Source: an uncultured Candidatus Saccharibacteria bacterium (GTDB lineage Bacteria; Patescibacteriota; Minisyncoccia; UBA6257; 1-14-0-10-44-23). From it: 64,000 nucleotides of DNA. Below the pieces are notes generated by a model. The model had not been told where the DNA came from. It did no database searches and worked only from the letters and a program-made list of their open reading frames with translations. Every line of letters begins with the position of its first letter. Positions within the stretch are counted from its first letter, which is position 1. The DNA lies in contig CAZJVT010000002.1 in assembly GCA_964549935.1 (NCBI GenBank), positions 191,066 to 255,065 of the forward strand. Direction: 5' to 3'. Position numbers and translations under genes: made by a program. Positions 1 through 9,385 of this stretch are shown here, in pieces.

Positions 1-1670
1 CAGAGATCCCCTATCAGGTAAACAAGAGCGAGCTGCTGATGCGCATGGCCGAGCTCGTTACCGACAAAAAAATCGAGGGCGTCCGCGACATCCGCGACGA
101 AAGCGACAAGCACGGTATGAGCATCATCATCGAGCTCAAAAACGACGCCAACCCGCAAAAGATTTTGAACCAGTTGTTTGAATACACTGATTTGCAAAAG
201 AACTTTGCGGTCAACATGGTCGCACTTGGCGACGGCGGACTGCAGCCGCAGACGATGTCGCTTAAAGACATGCTCGTAGCCTTTATCGAACACCGTAAAC
301 TCGTCGTAAAGCGCCGCGCTGAATTTGACCTACGTAAAGCCAAAGAGCGTGAGCATATCTTAGAAGGTTTGGAGAAGGCACTCTCGAACATCGACAAAAT
401 CATCGCCCTGATTCGTAAAGCCGAAAACCGCGAGGAGGCGCACACCAACTTGATGAAGACCTTCAAGTTTAGCGACTTGCAGGCCACCGCCATTTTGGAC
501 ACCAAACTTGCAACGCTCGCCAGCCTGGAGCGCTTTAAGATTGAAGACGAATTGAAACAAAAGCGCGCACTCATCGAAGAGCTCGAGAGCCTGCTTAAGA
601 GCACGGCCAAGATTTTGACGGTCATCAAAAACGAGCTCAAAGAGGTCAAAGAAAAGTTTGGCGACGAGCGTCGCACCCGCGTAATCAGCGGCGGCATCAA
701 AGACTTCGCCGAGGAGGACTTAATCGCCAACGAAGAAACGATCATTACCCTCTCGCAGAGCGGCTACATCAAGCGTGTTCCACCGGGTAGCTTTAAAACG
801 CAGAATCGCGGAGGCAAAGGCCTTATTGGCTCCGACGTGGCCGACGACGACTTTATTTCGCACATCAAGTTCTCGCACACCCACGACAATATCTTGTTCT
901 TCACGGACCGTGGCCGCGTCTTCCAAACCAAAGTCTGGGAACTTCCGGCTGCCAGCCGTCAGAGCAAAGGTAAGCCGGTACACAACTTCCTGGAGATGCC
1001 GCTCGAGGAGCGCGTTAACGCCATCGTTACCTATCCGAACGATGTCAAAGGCAAAGATTTGACGAAGGAGTTCCTGGTGATGACGACCGTTCAGGGCATG
1101 ATCAAGAAAACCGCGCTCGCCGAGTTCCAAAACGTCCGCCGCTCCGGCATCATCGCCATTGGACTCCATAAAGACGACACCTTGCAGTGGGTTACCCGCT
1201 CAAACGGTGGCGACGAGATAATCATCACTACCCACGACGGTCAATCAATCCGCTTCCCGGAGAAGCAGGTTCGCCCGATGGGTCGTACCGCCAGCGGTGT
1301 TACCGCTATCAAGCTCAAAGGTAAAGACTTTGTCAGCTCGATGAACGTCATTACCAAAGAGCAGGCCAAGGACTTTAAGTTACTTGTCGTGATGAGCAAC
1401 GGTTACGGTAAACAAACGCCGCTTTCGCAGTACCGCGTCCAGAGCCGCTCCGGATCAGGTATTAAGACCGCCGAGGTTACTGCTAAGACCGGCGCCGTTA
1501 TGGATGCTCGCGTTATCAGCGAAGAAAAGGAGCTTATCGCCCTCTCCGCCAAAGGTCAGGTCATCCGTACCGACATCGCCTCGATTCGCATCGCCAGTCG
1601 CGCGACGCAGGGCGTCAGAATAATGAACGTAGAGAGCGGAGATCATGTCATCGGGGTAATCTGCTTCTAG
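1..1670 (+). CDS. gyrA: DNA gyrase subunit A, C-terminal portion (5' end lies outside window)
   Basis: ORF 39..1670 stays open in frame back to the window start (..IPYQVNKSELLMRMAELVTDKKIEGVRDIRDESDKHGM..), typical of GyrA after the coiled-coil, followed by C-terminal beta-pinwheel repeats. Confidence 0.9.
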   Translation, partial: EIPYQVNKSELLMRMAELVTDKKIEGVRDIRDESDKHGMSIIIELKNDANPQKILNQLFEYTDLQKNFAVNMVALGDGGLQPQTMSLKDMLVAFIEHRKLVVKRRAEFDLRKAKEREHILEGLEKALSNIDKIIALIRKAENREEAHTNLMKTFKFSDLQATAILDTKLATLASLERFKIEDELKQKRALIEELESLLKSTAKILTVIKNELKEVKEKFGDERRTRVISGGIKDFAEEDLIANEETIITLSQSGYIKRVPPGSFKTQNRGGKGLIGSDVADDDFISHIKFSHTHDNILFFTDRGRVFQTKVWELPAASRQSKGKPVHNFLEMPLEERVNAIVTYPNDVKGKDLTKEFLVMTTVQGMIKKTALAEFQNVRRSGIIAIGLHKDDTLQWVTRSNGGDEIIITTHDGQSIRFPEKQVRPMGRTASGVTAIKLKGKDFVSSMNVITKEQAKDFKLLVVMSNGYGKQTPLSQYRVQSRSGSGIKTAEVTAKTGAVMDARVISEEKELIALSAKGQVIRTDIASIRIASRATQGVRIMNVESGDHVIGVICF

Positions 1671-1695
1671 GACTTAAACCTAAAAACATACTCAC

Positions 1696-1727
1696 AAAGC
1701 CGCCTCGTTAAAAGGCGGCTTTGTGTT
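1696..1727 (+). terminator. Rho-independent terminator-like hairpin after gyrA
   Basis: aaagccgcc-tcgttaaa-aggcggcttt stem-loop followed by a T-rich run. Confidence 0.5.
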
Positions 1728-1739
1728 ATCATTAACTCT

Positions 1740-3053
1740 ATGCCTCCGCGTTTTACTCGTACGCAAATTGTTATTGCCGGCATTGTTCTGGCAATCATAC
1801 TGCTCGTCATCCTCATCGCCACCGGCATTATCCCGGGCCTTCGGCAAAAACAAACCGGTGACAAGTTAACCGGCGATCTCACCGTTTGGGGAGTTTTTGA
1901 TGATGAGGTCGCCATCAACAGCACCCTCATAACCGAATTCCGCAACAAACACCCTCAGGTAAACATCACCTATAAAAAAATTGACGAGCGCAGCTATGAA
2001 AGCGATCTCGTTAATGCGCTTGCCGCCGGCACAGGTCCGGATGTATTCATGGTTCAAAACACCTGGCTGCCGAAGCATTACAACAAGCTCTCGCCTCGTG
2101 ATCCAAAGCAGTTCAATCTGGTTAACTTCGGTGAGCTATACCCGCAGGTCGTAGTCAAAGATTTTTCGAAGGACGGCAAAGTTTATGCCATGCCGCTGTA
2201 TGTCGACACGCTTGCGTTGCTTTACAACAAAAACTTGTTTGACGCCGCCGGTATTGCCCAGGTTCCAAAGAGCTGGGACGACCTGGTAAACGCGATCCCA
2301 CTACTGCGCCGATTAGATGACGGCGGTCGGATTTCACAAGCCGCAGCGGCTATCGGTGGCAGTACTCGTACGATTAACGGCGCCAACGACTTGCTCTTCC
2401 AGCTGATGATGCAGTTCGGTTCACAGATGACCAATGAACAACACACCTCGGCTAACTTCGGCTATTCCGGCAAGCAGGCGCTGGATTACTACTTAAGCTT
2501 CGGCAACCAGCGCAGCCCGGCATACACCTGGGATTACGGCGTCCACTATTCAATCGATGCCTTCGCCGAAGAATCAGTGGCAATGCTTTTTAATTATGGG
2601 TATCAACTCCAGCAACTAAAAGAAAAAAATCCCTTCCTGCAAATTGGCGTCGCGCCGATGCTACAAAAAACGGGTACGACGAAGCCTATCACCTACGCAA
2701 ACTACTTCGGCTTGGGCGTTTCGGCGACGAGCAAAAACAAAACACTTTCTTGGCTCTTCGTCGACGAGGCAACCGTTGATCCTGCAACGAATGCAAAATA
2801 TTTAAACGCCACCCACCGATCCCCCGCGCTACGATCACTGATTGCGACTTCGATGAACGACCCGGAGGTTGGCGTGTTTGCCAGGCAGGCTCTCCAGGCC
2901 AACTCCTGGTACCAGGGCGACAGCACCGAAGTTAACAGTACGTTTACCTCTATGCTAGACTTAATCGTAAGCGGCCAATTGAGCACGAGCCGCGCCCTTG
3001 ACCAGGCGGAACAGCTCGTAACCGAGTCTTTGCGCAAAACCTCGGGCCAATAA
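1740..3053 (+). CDS. Extracellular solute-binding protein (ABC sugar-uptake type, SBP family 1)
   Basis: N-terminal transmembrane anchor followed by a solute-binding-protein-like domain (TVWGVFDDE.., GTGPDVFMVQNTWLPK, YAMPLYVDTLALLYNKNLF); 437 aa. Confidence 0.65.
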   Translation: MPPRFTRTQIVIAGIVLAIILLVILIATGIIPGLRQKQTGDKLTGDLTVWGVFDDEVAINSTLITEFRNKHPQVNITYKKIDERSYESDLVNALAAGTGPDVFMVQNTWLPKHYNKLSPRDPKQFNLVNFGELYPQVVVKDFSKDGKVYAMPLYVDTLALLYNKNLFDAAGIAQVPKSWDDLVNAIPLLRRLDDGGRISQAAAAIGGSTRTINGANDLLFQLMMQFGSQMTNEQHTSANFGYSGKQALDYYLSFGNQRSPAYTWDYGVHYSIDAFAEESVAMLFNYGYQLQQLKEKNPFLQIGVAPMLQKTGTTKPITYANYFGLGVSATSKNKTLSWLFVDEATVDPATNAKYLNATHRSPALRSLIATSMNDPEVGVFARQALQANSWYQGDSTEVNSTFTSMLDLIVSGQLSTSRALDQAEQLVTESLRKTSGQ

Positions 3054-3054
3054 T

Positions 3055-3537
3055 ATGAAACTTCGACCAGCCAAACTCTCGCTCGCGATTTTACTGCTAA
3101 GTAGTATTTTAGTGACGGCAACTCCAGCCATTGTCGCGGCGGCAGATTTAGATGTTAACCCGGCAACGACCAGCTTGGCTAACGGCATTATGCCTGCTTG
3201 CGACCCGGGTTACAGCGATTTAAAGGGTGGGACGATAGGGCCAAAGGGCCTCCCTGCCTGCGGCGTGACGCAAGCCCTTCAGCTTATCTATAACATCATA
3301 AAATACGTTACTTACATCATCATCCCTATCGCCGTATTGCTCATTGGTTACGCCGGGTTTACGATTATGACCTCCGCCGGAGAGGCTGAAAAGATAAGTC
3401 AGGCGAAACACATGATCCAGCTCCTGGCTATTGGCATCGCTATTATTCTTCTCTCGACACTTATCGTTCAGTACGTATTTAAAGCAGTTGGCGTGCAGTC
3501 GACTAATATAACTAATATCACGCCGGGTGCGAAATAA
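3055..3537 (+). CDS. TrbC/VirB2-like T4SS-type pilin, paralog 1
   Basis: signal peptide, two hydrophobic helices, conserved core YAGFTIMTSAGEAEKISQAKHMI; the mature N-terminal region carries a Cys pair. Confidence 0.6.
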   Translation: MKLRPAKLSLAILLLSSILVTATPAIVAAADLDVNPATTSLANGIMPACDPGYSDLKGGTIGPKGLPACGVTQALQLIYNIIKYVTYIIIPIAVLLIGYAGFTIMTSAGEAEKISQAKHMIQLLAIGIAIILLSTLIVQYVFKAVGVQSTNITNITPGAK

Positions 3538-3538
3538 T

Positions 3539-3886
3539 ATGAAATGGCTCACCTCGATTTTCTTGCTTCTTGGAACTAAGCTCGCTTTTGCCGCAGACAA
3601 AGTCACTCTTCCCAATCCCCTCTGCCCTGAAAATGATCCGACCTGTAAAACCTCTCTCCCGGATATCATTCACAGCGTTTTTCATTTTTTGGCAATCGAC
3701 ATTGGCCCGCTTGTGGTCATCATTTTCGTACTTGTTGGCGCCTACCAGATGATTTTTAGCGGCGGCGAAGCGGAAAAATTCACAAAAGGTAAAACTACTA
3801 TCGTTTACACCGTCGTCGGTTACGCCGTCCTCTTAATGGCCAATGGTATTGCCGCGATTATCCAAACAATCTTAACCGGTAAGTAA
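3539..3886 (+). CDS. TrbC/VirB2-like T4SS-type pilin, paralog 2
   Basis: start taken as the ATG at 3539 (the ORF-track start at 3527 is GTG); motif AYQMIFSGGEAEKFTKGKTTIVYTVVGYAVL. Confidence 0.6.
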   Translation: MKWLTSIFLLLGTKLAFAADKVTLPNPLCPENDPTCKTSLPDIIHSVFHFLAIDIGPLVVIIFVLVGAYQMIFSGGEAEKFTKGKTTIVYTVVGYAVLLMANGIAAIIQTILTGK

Positions 3887-3889
3887 TAC

Positions 3890-4234
3890 ATGCAAACTAT
3901 GAAAAGACTTGCAGCAAGACTGACTGTGCTCGCCTTGACCTCAGCCCCACTTCTTGCCTTCGCCCAAGACGTCGGCGATGACGGGTTGCCGAAAACGACG
4001 AAGGATGTTATGACCATACTCGGCCGAATCGGCGACTGGCTTTTTACCGGACTGCTCATTATAAGTGTTATAATGTTGATAGTAGCCGGATACAAGTATT
4101 TGTTCTCACAAGGAAGCGAAGAGCAGACGACCTCGGCAAAAAATACTATTGTTTATGCGGTTATTGCCCTAGCGGTGGCAATGCTAGCCGGTGGAATCCC
4201 GTATCTCGTCAAGTCAATCCTTCAAGTTAAATAA
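3890..4234 (+). CDS. TrbC/VirB2-like T4SS-type pilin, paralog 3
   Basis: signal peptide; motif GYKYLFSQGSEEQTTSAKNTIVYAVIALAVAML. Confidence 0.6.
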   Translation: MQTMKRLAARLTVLALTSAPLLAFAQDVGDDGLPKTTKDVMTILGRIGDWLFTGLLIISVIMLIVAGYKYLFSQGSEEQTTSAKNTIVYAVIALAVAMLAGGIPYLVKSILQVK

Positions 4235-4256
4235 AAATAAATAACATTAATATCGT

Positions 4257-4679
4257 ATGAAGAAATTATTGACAGCTCTCGCGCTCGCTGGAATTACGCT
4301 AAGTTTCGCCGCACCTCTCGTCCTTGCTCAACCGGCGGGATCAATTACCTGCCCTACGGGCATCTCTGTTTCGGCTGGCACGCCCTGCCCATTACCAGAC
4401 AAAATCCTTGGCGGCGACGTAACAAATCTTGGCGGTGGCAGCTTTGTTGCTTTACTTCAGACGATTACTAACTGGATGTTTACTTTCCTGCTAGTGTTCG
4501 CTGTAATCATCTTCATCTACGCAGCTTATAAGTATCTTTTCTCTGGAGGCAACGAAGAAGGCACAACTGCCGCAAAGAACTACCTCATTTATGGCGTTAT
4601 CGCTATCGCAGTTGCGATGATGGCAAAAGGTATAACCTTTATCGTCGCCGAACTCTTAGGAGCAACGACTACGAAATAG
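4257..4679 (+). CDS. TrbC/VirB2-like T4SS-type pilin, paralog 4
   Basis: signal peptide; CPTGISVSAGTPCP Cys pair; motif AYKYLFSGGNEEGTTAAKNYLIYGVIAIAVAMM. Confidence 0.6.
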   Translation: MKKLLTALALAGITLSFAAPLVLAQPAGSITCPTGISVSAGTPCPLPDKILGGDVTNLGGGSFVALLQTITNWMFTFLLVFAVIIFIYAAYKYLFSGGNEEGTTAAKNYLIYGVIAIAVAMMAKGITFIVAELLGATTTK

Positions 4680-4704
4680 TTTTTTTTCTGTAACTGTATC
4701 CACT

Positions 4705-4728
4705 AAAAACCGCCTTCGGGCGGTTTTT
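4705..4728 (+). terminator. Rho-independent terminator after pilin paralog 4
   Basis: aaaaaccgcc-ttcg-ggcggttttt perfect hairpin followed by a T-run; the high-GC block starts immediately downstream. Confidence 0.7.
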
Positions 4729-4838
4729 AGCTTGATATAAAAACGACAGAAGCCCGGCCGGTGACATCCTCCCTTTTGGGGAGGAGCACCGAACCGGGCT
4801 TCAACTGCGCGTCGCCTTACGTCGACGCGCGAACGACT

Positions 4839-5387
4839 CTACCAGGCTTCTACGCTGAAGCGCTGGTTCACGGCCCTGACCTGAACGTAGAACGTCCCGG
4901 TCGAAGTCGTATCCCAAGCTATCCCGGCCCGAGCTTCGAATGGGTTGCCGTCCCCATTCTCAAGCAGGACCTGATAGCCCAGGTTGTCCGGCGCTCGAAT
5001 CTTGAAGCGCATGCCGCCGGAGACATGCACTCTGACCCACTGCCCGGGAAGCAGTGCGTCGGGAAACGACTTTTCTCCCGGAGAGTCCAGCGTCACGCTC
5101 GCGACCGGAACTTCCGGCGGAGTGTGCGCTTTCGGTGTGTGACTCGCCGCCACACCGACTGCGGCTTCCTTCTTGACTGCCTGCTCGACCGTGAAGTCGT
5201 GCGGCAGTTCAGGTGCAGTGGGTTTCCGGCTCTGGTAGAGCAGGTAGACCGCCGCGCCAATCAGCGCCCCCCAGAGGAGAAAGTACCTCAAGAGAACGAC
5301 CGCCCCCGGAAACGGGGGTTCCATCCCCTTCGGCAGCCGCCCTGCGGACTCCGCCTCGGGCGTAGCAGCATGTGCGTCGCCGCTCAT
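4839..5387 (-). CDS. Hypothetical membrane-anchored protein (high-GC cassette A, gene 2)
   Basis: 182 aa with one transmembrane helix (VVLLRYFLLWGALIGAAVYLLY); about 65% GC; its start overlaps the stop of the upstream gene by 4 bp, suggesting translational coupling. Confidence 0.55.
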   Translation of the reverse strand: MSGDAHAATPEAESAGRLPKGMEPPFPGAVVLLRYFLLWGALIGAAVYLLYQSRKPTAPELPHDFTVEQAVKKEAAVGVAASHTPKAHTPPEVPVASVTLDSPGEKSFPDALLPGQWVRVHVSGGMRFKIRAPDNLGYQVLLENGDGNPFEARAGIAWDTTSTGTFYVQVRAVNQRFSVEAW

Positions 5388-7216
5388 CGCGTACCTCCTC
5401 TTCTGCCAGCGAGTTCGCGCAGCGTCACGATGACGTCAGCGCCGATGCCGTTCGCGGTCACGATCTCCTCGTGAACATCCCGCTTCACGACACCGTCTTC
5501 GGCCAGGACAGCCTCTCTCGCCTTCTGCTTGATCTCGTCGCTCACTCCTGCGAAGGCAGTGAGCGCCTCCAGGTCCGTCACCTTGTCCGGTGACGCCCAG
5601 CGAGCCATGCGCAGCACCCGATTATTGGTCGTAACCAGGTCGGCGCCGGCCTTGTTCTCGGCTTCCAGTCGCTTGAGATCTTTCTGGATGAGAGCGACCG
5701 AACGAGCAACAAGAATCTCAAGCCACTTCCCGGTGGGCATGAGCTTGGTCAGGTTCAACCGCGTGATGATCACGCCGAAGACCTTGACCTTGATGTGCGC
5801 CCGCCCCTGCTCGAGGGCGTCCGCCATCTGATCCCGCGCCCAGAGGTAAGCCTCGAGGCGCTGGCCAACAAACTGCTTGGCCGCGGCCAGGTCACGGTAT
5901 CCCATCCCGGCCACGACCGCGAGGATCTTGGCCTTGACGGCGTCGATCGTCTTGAAGTCGGATCCCTTGAGATCCTCCTCCTTGACGTCTTCGCGGTGCC
6001 AGAGGCGCACCAGGAACGTCGGTACGCCCGGGACGACCTCCTTGGGCTTCGCCAGGAACTTGCGCTTCGCCTTCGCGACGCGCTTCTCCTCGGCGCGAAC
6101 CTCCACGGGAGTCGTGGGTGCGACAGGCGGGACAGGCGAGACGAACACGAGGTCCGCGCCCAACTCATTCGCACCGAGATGGTGCTCGTGAGCCCAGTGC
6201 GCGATGTGCCCCGTGATGACCGGCCAGAATTGATCCGGATACAGCTCCTTGACGATCGCCAAGGCGCCGCGACGGATTGCTCCGGGGACCTCCTCGCCGT
6301 ACTGCGGCCCGCTTGTGGGCGAGCGCAGCCACCGACGATACGACTCATTGAGCTGGTCGATCAGCTTCGGCAAAACGCCGGCAATGAACCCCTCATGCTT
6401 GAACGGCAAGAGACGGTTCGAGTCAGCCATGATGCCGATGCCCAAGTTGCCCGTGAAGGTGCTGTCCTCCGGGCCGAGAATCGGTTCCTCCTTGGAACCG
6501 ATGCAGGGATTGAAGTCCCCACCACTTACGTCCACCGGCTCCGGCTTGAACAGCCACCAGAGCAGCGGAATGCGAGCGCGACCTTCGAGAGGCTTGATCG
6601 CCGAAAGCATGATCCCGTTGAAGTCCAGGAATGCCTTCGTTTCCGGGTGTGATACCGAAAACCGCGCATACCCCTCGAACTTGTACGCGTCGTACAAGAC
6701 CCAGGAGATGATCGGAGCCGCGACGAGCGCCAGAGGCAACCAAGCCCCCATCGCCAGACACAGCACGATCGCGATTACAGTCCCCACCACGAAGCAAACA
6801 GTCCGAGCCCGCGCGTCGAACTCGGCGAGAATCGGGCCGAACTCCAGATGCGGGATCACGTCGTGGTGACCTCCCCCGCCAGGATGTTCGTCGTCATCGC
6901 CGAGTTCGGCGTGAGCACAGTGCCCCCGCGAACAGTTGATCGCCTCCTGCAGATGCGTGAGTGGTGGCCAGAGCCACCCCATCGCGCGCCCGACGTTGAA
7001 GGACAGCGGTGCGCCGGGCGGCGCAGCCGTACCGCGCATCTGCCACCAGCGAACCAGAGTATAGACGTTCAGCCCGATCGCCACGAAGGCGCCGAGCAGG
7101 CACGCCAGCTTCACCCAGGGATTCATCGTTCCGCGATCGGAGATCGCAGCGTACAACGAGTACGCAGCGCCGACGAACGCAGCGACGAGACCAACGAGCT
7201 TCAGGATTCTACGCAT
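5384..7216 (-). CDS. Hypothetical multi-pass membrane protein with His/Asp-rich loop and C-terminal coiled/SPFH-like region (high-GC cassette A, gene 1)
   Basis: 610 aa; N-terminal transmembrane helices; HAELGDDDEHPGGGGHHD loop; C-terminal region with IKVKVFGVIITRLNLTKL and KDLKRLEAENKAGADL, reminiscent of band-7/SPFH; about 65% GC; spurious antisense ORFs appear across it. Confidence 0.55.
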   Translation of the reverse strand: MRRILKLVGLVAAFVGAAYSLYAAISDRGTMNPWVKLACLLGAFVAIGLNVYTLVRWWQMRGTAAPPGAPLSFNVGRAMGWLWPPLTHLQEAINCSRGHCAHAELGDDDEHPGGGGHHDVIPHLEFGPILAEFDARARTVCFVVGTVIAIVLCLAMGAWLPLALVAAPIISWVLYDAYKFEGYARFSVSHPETKAFLDFNGIMLSAIKPLEGRARIPLLWWLFKPEPVDVSGGDFNPCIGSKEEPILGPEDSTFTGNLGIGIMADSNRLLPFKHEGFIAGVLPKLIDQLNESYRRWLRSPTSGPQYGEEVPGAIRRGALAIVKELYPDQFWPVITGHIAHWAHEHHLGANELGADLVFVSPVPPVAPTTPVEVRAEEKRVAKAKRKFLAKPKEVVPGVPTFLVRLWHREDVKEEDLKGSDFKTIDAVKAKILAVVAGMGYRDLAAAKQFVGQRLEAYLWARDQMADALEQGRAHIKVKVFGVIITRLNLTKLMPTGKWLEILVARSVALIQKDLKRLEAENKAGADLVTTNNRVLRMARWASPDKVTDLEALTAFAGVSDEIKQKAREAVLAEDGVVKRDVHEEIVTANGIGADVIVTLRELAGRRGGTR

Positions 7217-7698
7217 CTCTGTCTCCTCGACCCGCCTATGGCGGGTCAGAATATCTGACCCGCACCGCGGGCCTCGGTTTGGGTCCCGAGACCCTTTACC
7301 CGCGTCACAACAAGTGACGTTAGGGTCCCTCGTCTCCTGCTACCCCGCAATGGGGCAGGCCACGAAACAGGGATTTTGGGATCGATCATCGATTTTCGAC
7401 CCCAAAACTCCTGCTTCGTGCTTCAGAACACGAGAGATCCCTCAAAACCTAAGTTTTAAGGGCTTTTTAGCCCTCCTCCAATGAGGTTAAGGCGCTGTCA
7501 AAGAGCGGTCTTTACTGAACATATAGTATAGCATACTAATACTAATTTGTCAAGTATTAGGCGCTTTTTGCACTTTTTGGTCAATCAGTAAAAATCACGA
7601 ACAAATAAGCTCAAGTTTATCCACTGCCCTGCTCAAAAATAACTTCACGTATGTTATACTGAATGTAACGAATTAATTTTTACTATTAAAAACATCGT

Positions 7699-8046
7699 AT
7701 GAAGAAAACGTTACTCGCTCTTAGCACTATCGCAATGGTCGGACTGACTCCGCTCGCCGCTTTTGCAGTTGATATTCCGGCTACCACACCTGGCCCGGGC
7801 ATCCGCAGCTTCGAAGGCATTCTTAATGTGCTCGACACCGTCATCAACTGGATGTTCACGCTCCTGCTCGTTATGGCAGTAGTTATGATCATTTACGCCG
7901 CGTTTAGCTACTTGACCGCCGGCGGTGACGAGGAGAAGGTTGGCAAGGCGCACAAGGCTATCATCTACGCCGTCGTCGCTATCGCCGTCGCCTTCCTCTC
8001 AAAGGGCATCTCGTTCGTCGTCGCACAGCTTTTGGGGCAAGGATAG
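7699..8046 (+). CDS. TrbC/VirB2-like T4SS-type pilin, paralog 5
   Basis: signal peptide; motif AFSYLTAGGDEEKVGKAHKAIIYAVVAIAVAFL; separated from paralogs 1-4 by the high-GC insert. Confidence 0.6.
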   Translation: MKKTLLALSTIAMVGLTPLAAFAVDIPATTPGPGIRSFEGILNVLDTVINWMFTLLLVMAVVMIIYAAFSYLTAGGDEEKVGKAHKAIIYAVVAIAVAFLSKGISFVVAQLLGQG

Positions 8047-8142
8047 TACGTGTAACGTTAGACGTGAAACTTGCAACTTTCAAAACCGCGACGCCAGTCG
8101 CGGTTTTGATTTTGGGGCGAAAATAAGCGATACTACAACAAT

Positions 8143-8223
8143 GCTGGGGTGGCGAAATGGCAGACGCATCAGCCTTAGGAGCTGAAGCCGCGAGGCATGT
8201 GGGTTCAAGTCCCACCCCCAGCA
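8143..8223 (+). tRNA. tRNA-Leu (anticodon TAG)
   Basis: manual fold: acceptor GCTGGGG/CCCCAGC; anticodon stem TCAGC/GCTGA with loop CTTAGGA; 13-nt variable arm; T-arm GTGGG-TTCAAGT-CCCAC; discriminator A; CCA not encoded. Confidence 0.8.
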
Positions 8224-8371
8224 CAAAAACCAAAACACGGCCTTTAGGTCGTTCTTTGGTTTTTGTGCTTAGATGGACTTGAATCGTCGGACCGGAAATT
8301 TTCAGTATAAAATTTCGGGGAGAGGGTGCCCAGACCAACTGGGCGCGACGGCGCACAGTTGAGTCGAGGGC

Positions 8372-8390
8372 AAGTCCCACCCCCAGCACC
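8372..8390 (+). repeat. 19-bp direct repeat of the tRNA-Leu 3' end (att-like)
   Basis: caagtcccacccccagcac at 8372..8390 matches tRNA positions 8205..8223 exactly; the copy is followed by cca. Confidence 0.6.
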
Positions 8391-8464
8391 AACGAAAAAG
8401 TCCGGTCTTTGCTGGTTCTTTTTTGTCTTTGAGCTGACTAACTGTCGACTGACTAACCGACAAC

Positions 8465-9385
8465 TCATCTCCTCTGCCCGTGAAATTTCTTATGCACATC
8501 TCCTAATTGTTTGTTGGTCAGGTGCGTGTAAATTTGCGTCGTCGAGATATTGCTGTGGCCCAGCAGCTCCTGCACACTGCGCAGGTCGGCGCCATTTACG
8601 AGTAGGTCGGTGGCAAACAAGTGGCGCAGCTTGTGTGGCGTAACGTGCTCCGCGATGCCGGCCTTACGAGTGTAGTAATTAACCAGACGCTGCACAGCGC
8701 GCGGCGTGATCTTACCGATAACTTTTGGCGGTTTTTGCGACTTCTTGGGAACCTTACTTAAACTCACAAACATCCACTCGAGCGCGTCCCCGCGCTTATC
8801 CAAATACTTTTTAATCGTGGCCTTGCAGCTATCTGAAAAAAACACGACGCGCAGCTTCTCTCCCTTGCCGCGCACAGTAATCTCGCCGCGACTTAAGTCG
8901 AGATAACGGCTAAGCCCGCAGAGCTCAGAGACACGCAGCCCGGTTGAAAAAAGCGTCTCTAATACCGCTCGGTCGCGCAGCGCACGCAATCCCTCCCCTT
9001 CGGGTGCGCTCATCAGGCGCTCAAAGTCGCGATACTCCGGGATAGCAATCTGCCTTTGGGCAATCTTTGGTAACTCGATCTTATCGGCAGCTAAGACTTT
9101 ATAATCATGCTTGGCCAGATACTTTAAAAAGCTACGCAGCGCAATGACGTAGTAATTTTGAGTCACCTTTTTCATCGTTCCACCCCGGCCACTATCCATT
9201 GTCGACATTTTTACACGAAATGATTTCACGGCACGCTCGGTAATGTCCGACTCTGACTTAATCCCTGCGTCCTTTAAAAACACCTTGAGATAGTGCTCGT
9301 AGTTGCGCCGTGTTTTAGGCGACCGGCCCTTTTCGACGGTCAGATAGTCTAAGTAGTCTTGCAGGAGCTCCTCAATTTTCGCCAT
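8465..9385 (-). CDS. Tyrosine recombinase, XerC/XerD-family integrase
   Basis: 306 aa; C-terminal catalytic motifs LRHLFATDLLVNGADLRSVQELLGHSNISTTQIYTHL; N-terminal SAM-like domain; lies next to the tRNA-Leu direct repeat. Confidence 0.8.
   Translation of the reverse strand: MAKIEELLQDYLDYLTVEKGRSPKTRRNYEHYLKVFLKDAGIKSESDITERAVKSFRVKMSTMDSGRGGTMKKVTQNYYVIALRSFLKYLAKHDYKVLAADKIELPKIAQRQIAIPEYRDFERLMSAPEGEGLRALRDRAVLETLFSTGLRVSELCGLSRYLDLSRGEITVRGKGEKLRVVFFSDSCKATIKKYLDKRGDALEWMFVSLSKVPKKSQKPPKVIGKITPRAVQRLVNYYTRKAGIAEHVTPHKLRHLFATDLLVNGADLRSVQELLGHSNISTTQIYTHLTNKQLGDVHKKFHGQRR

Noticed and set aside
14-1169. Antisense ORFs within gyrA (14..745, 720..1169 and others) and within clpB, valS and the ribosomal genes
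   Set aside because: They lie opposite well-supported conserved genes and give Ser/Ala/Arg-rich translations typical of antisense frames.
5795-6869. Long plus-strand ORFs (5795..6652, 6249..6869, 5770..6348 and others) inside the high-GC block
   Set aside because: High GC suppresses stop codons in all frames. The Arg/Ser/Pro-rich low-complexity translations are antisense to the 610-aa gene.
8330-8392. Possible second tRNA or tmRNA-like gene at the 3'-end repeat (…gggcaagtcccacccccagcacca)
   Set aside because: Only the T-arm 3' half, acceptor 3' strand and CCA are present. No complementary 5' acceptor strand or anticodon arm can be folded, so it is interpreted as an att-type duplication.
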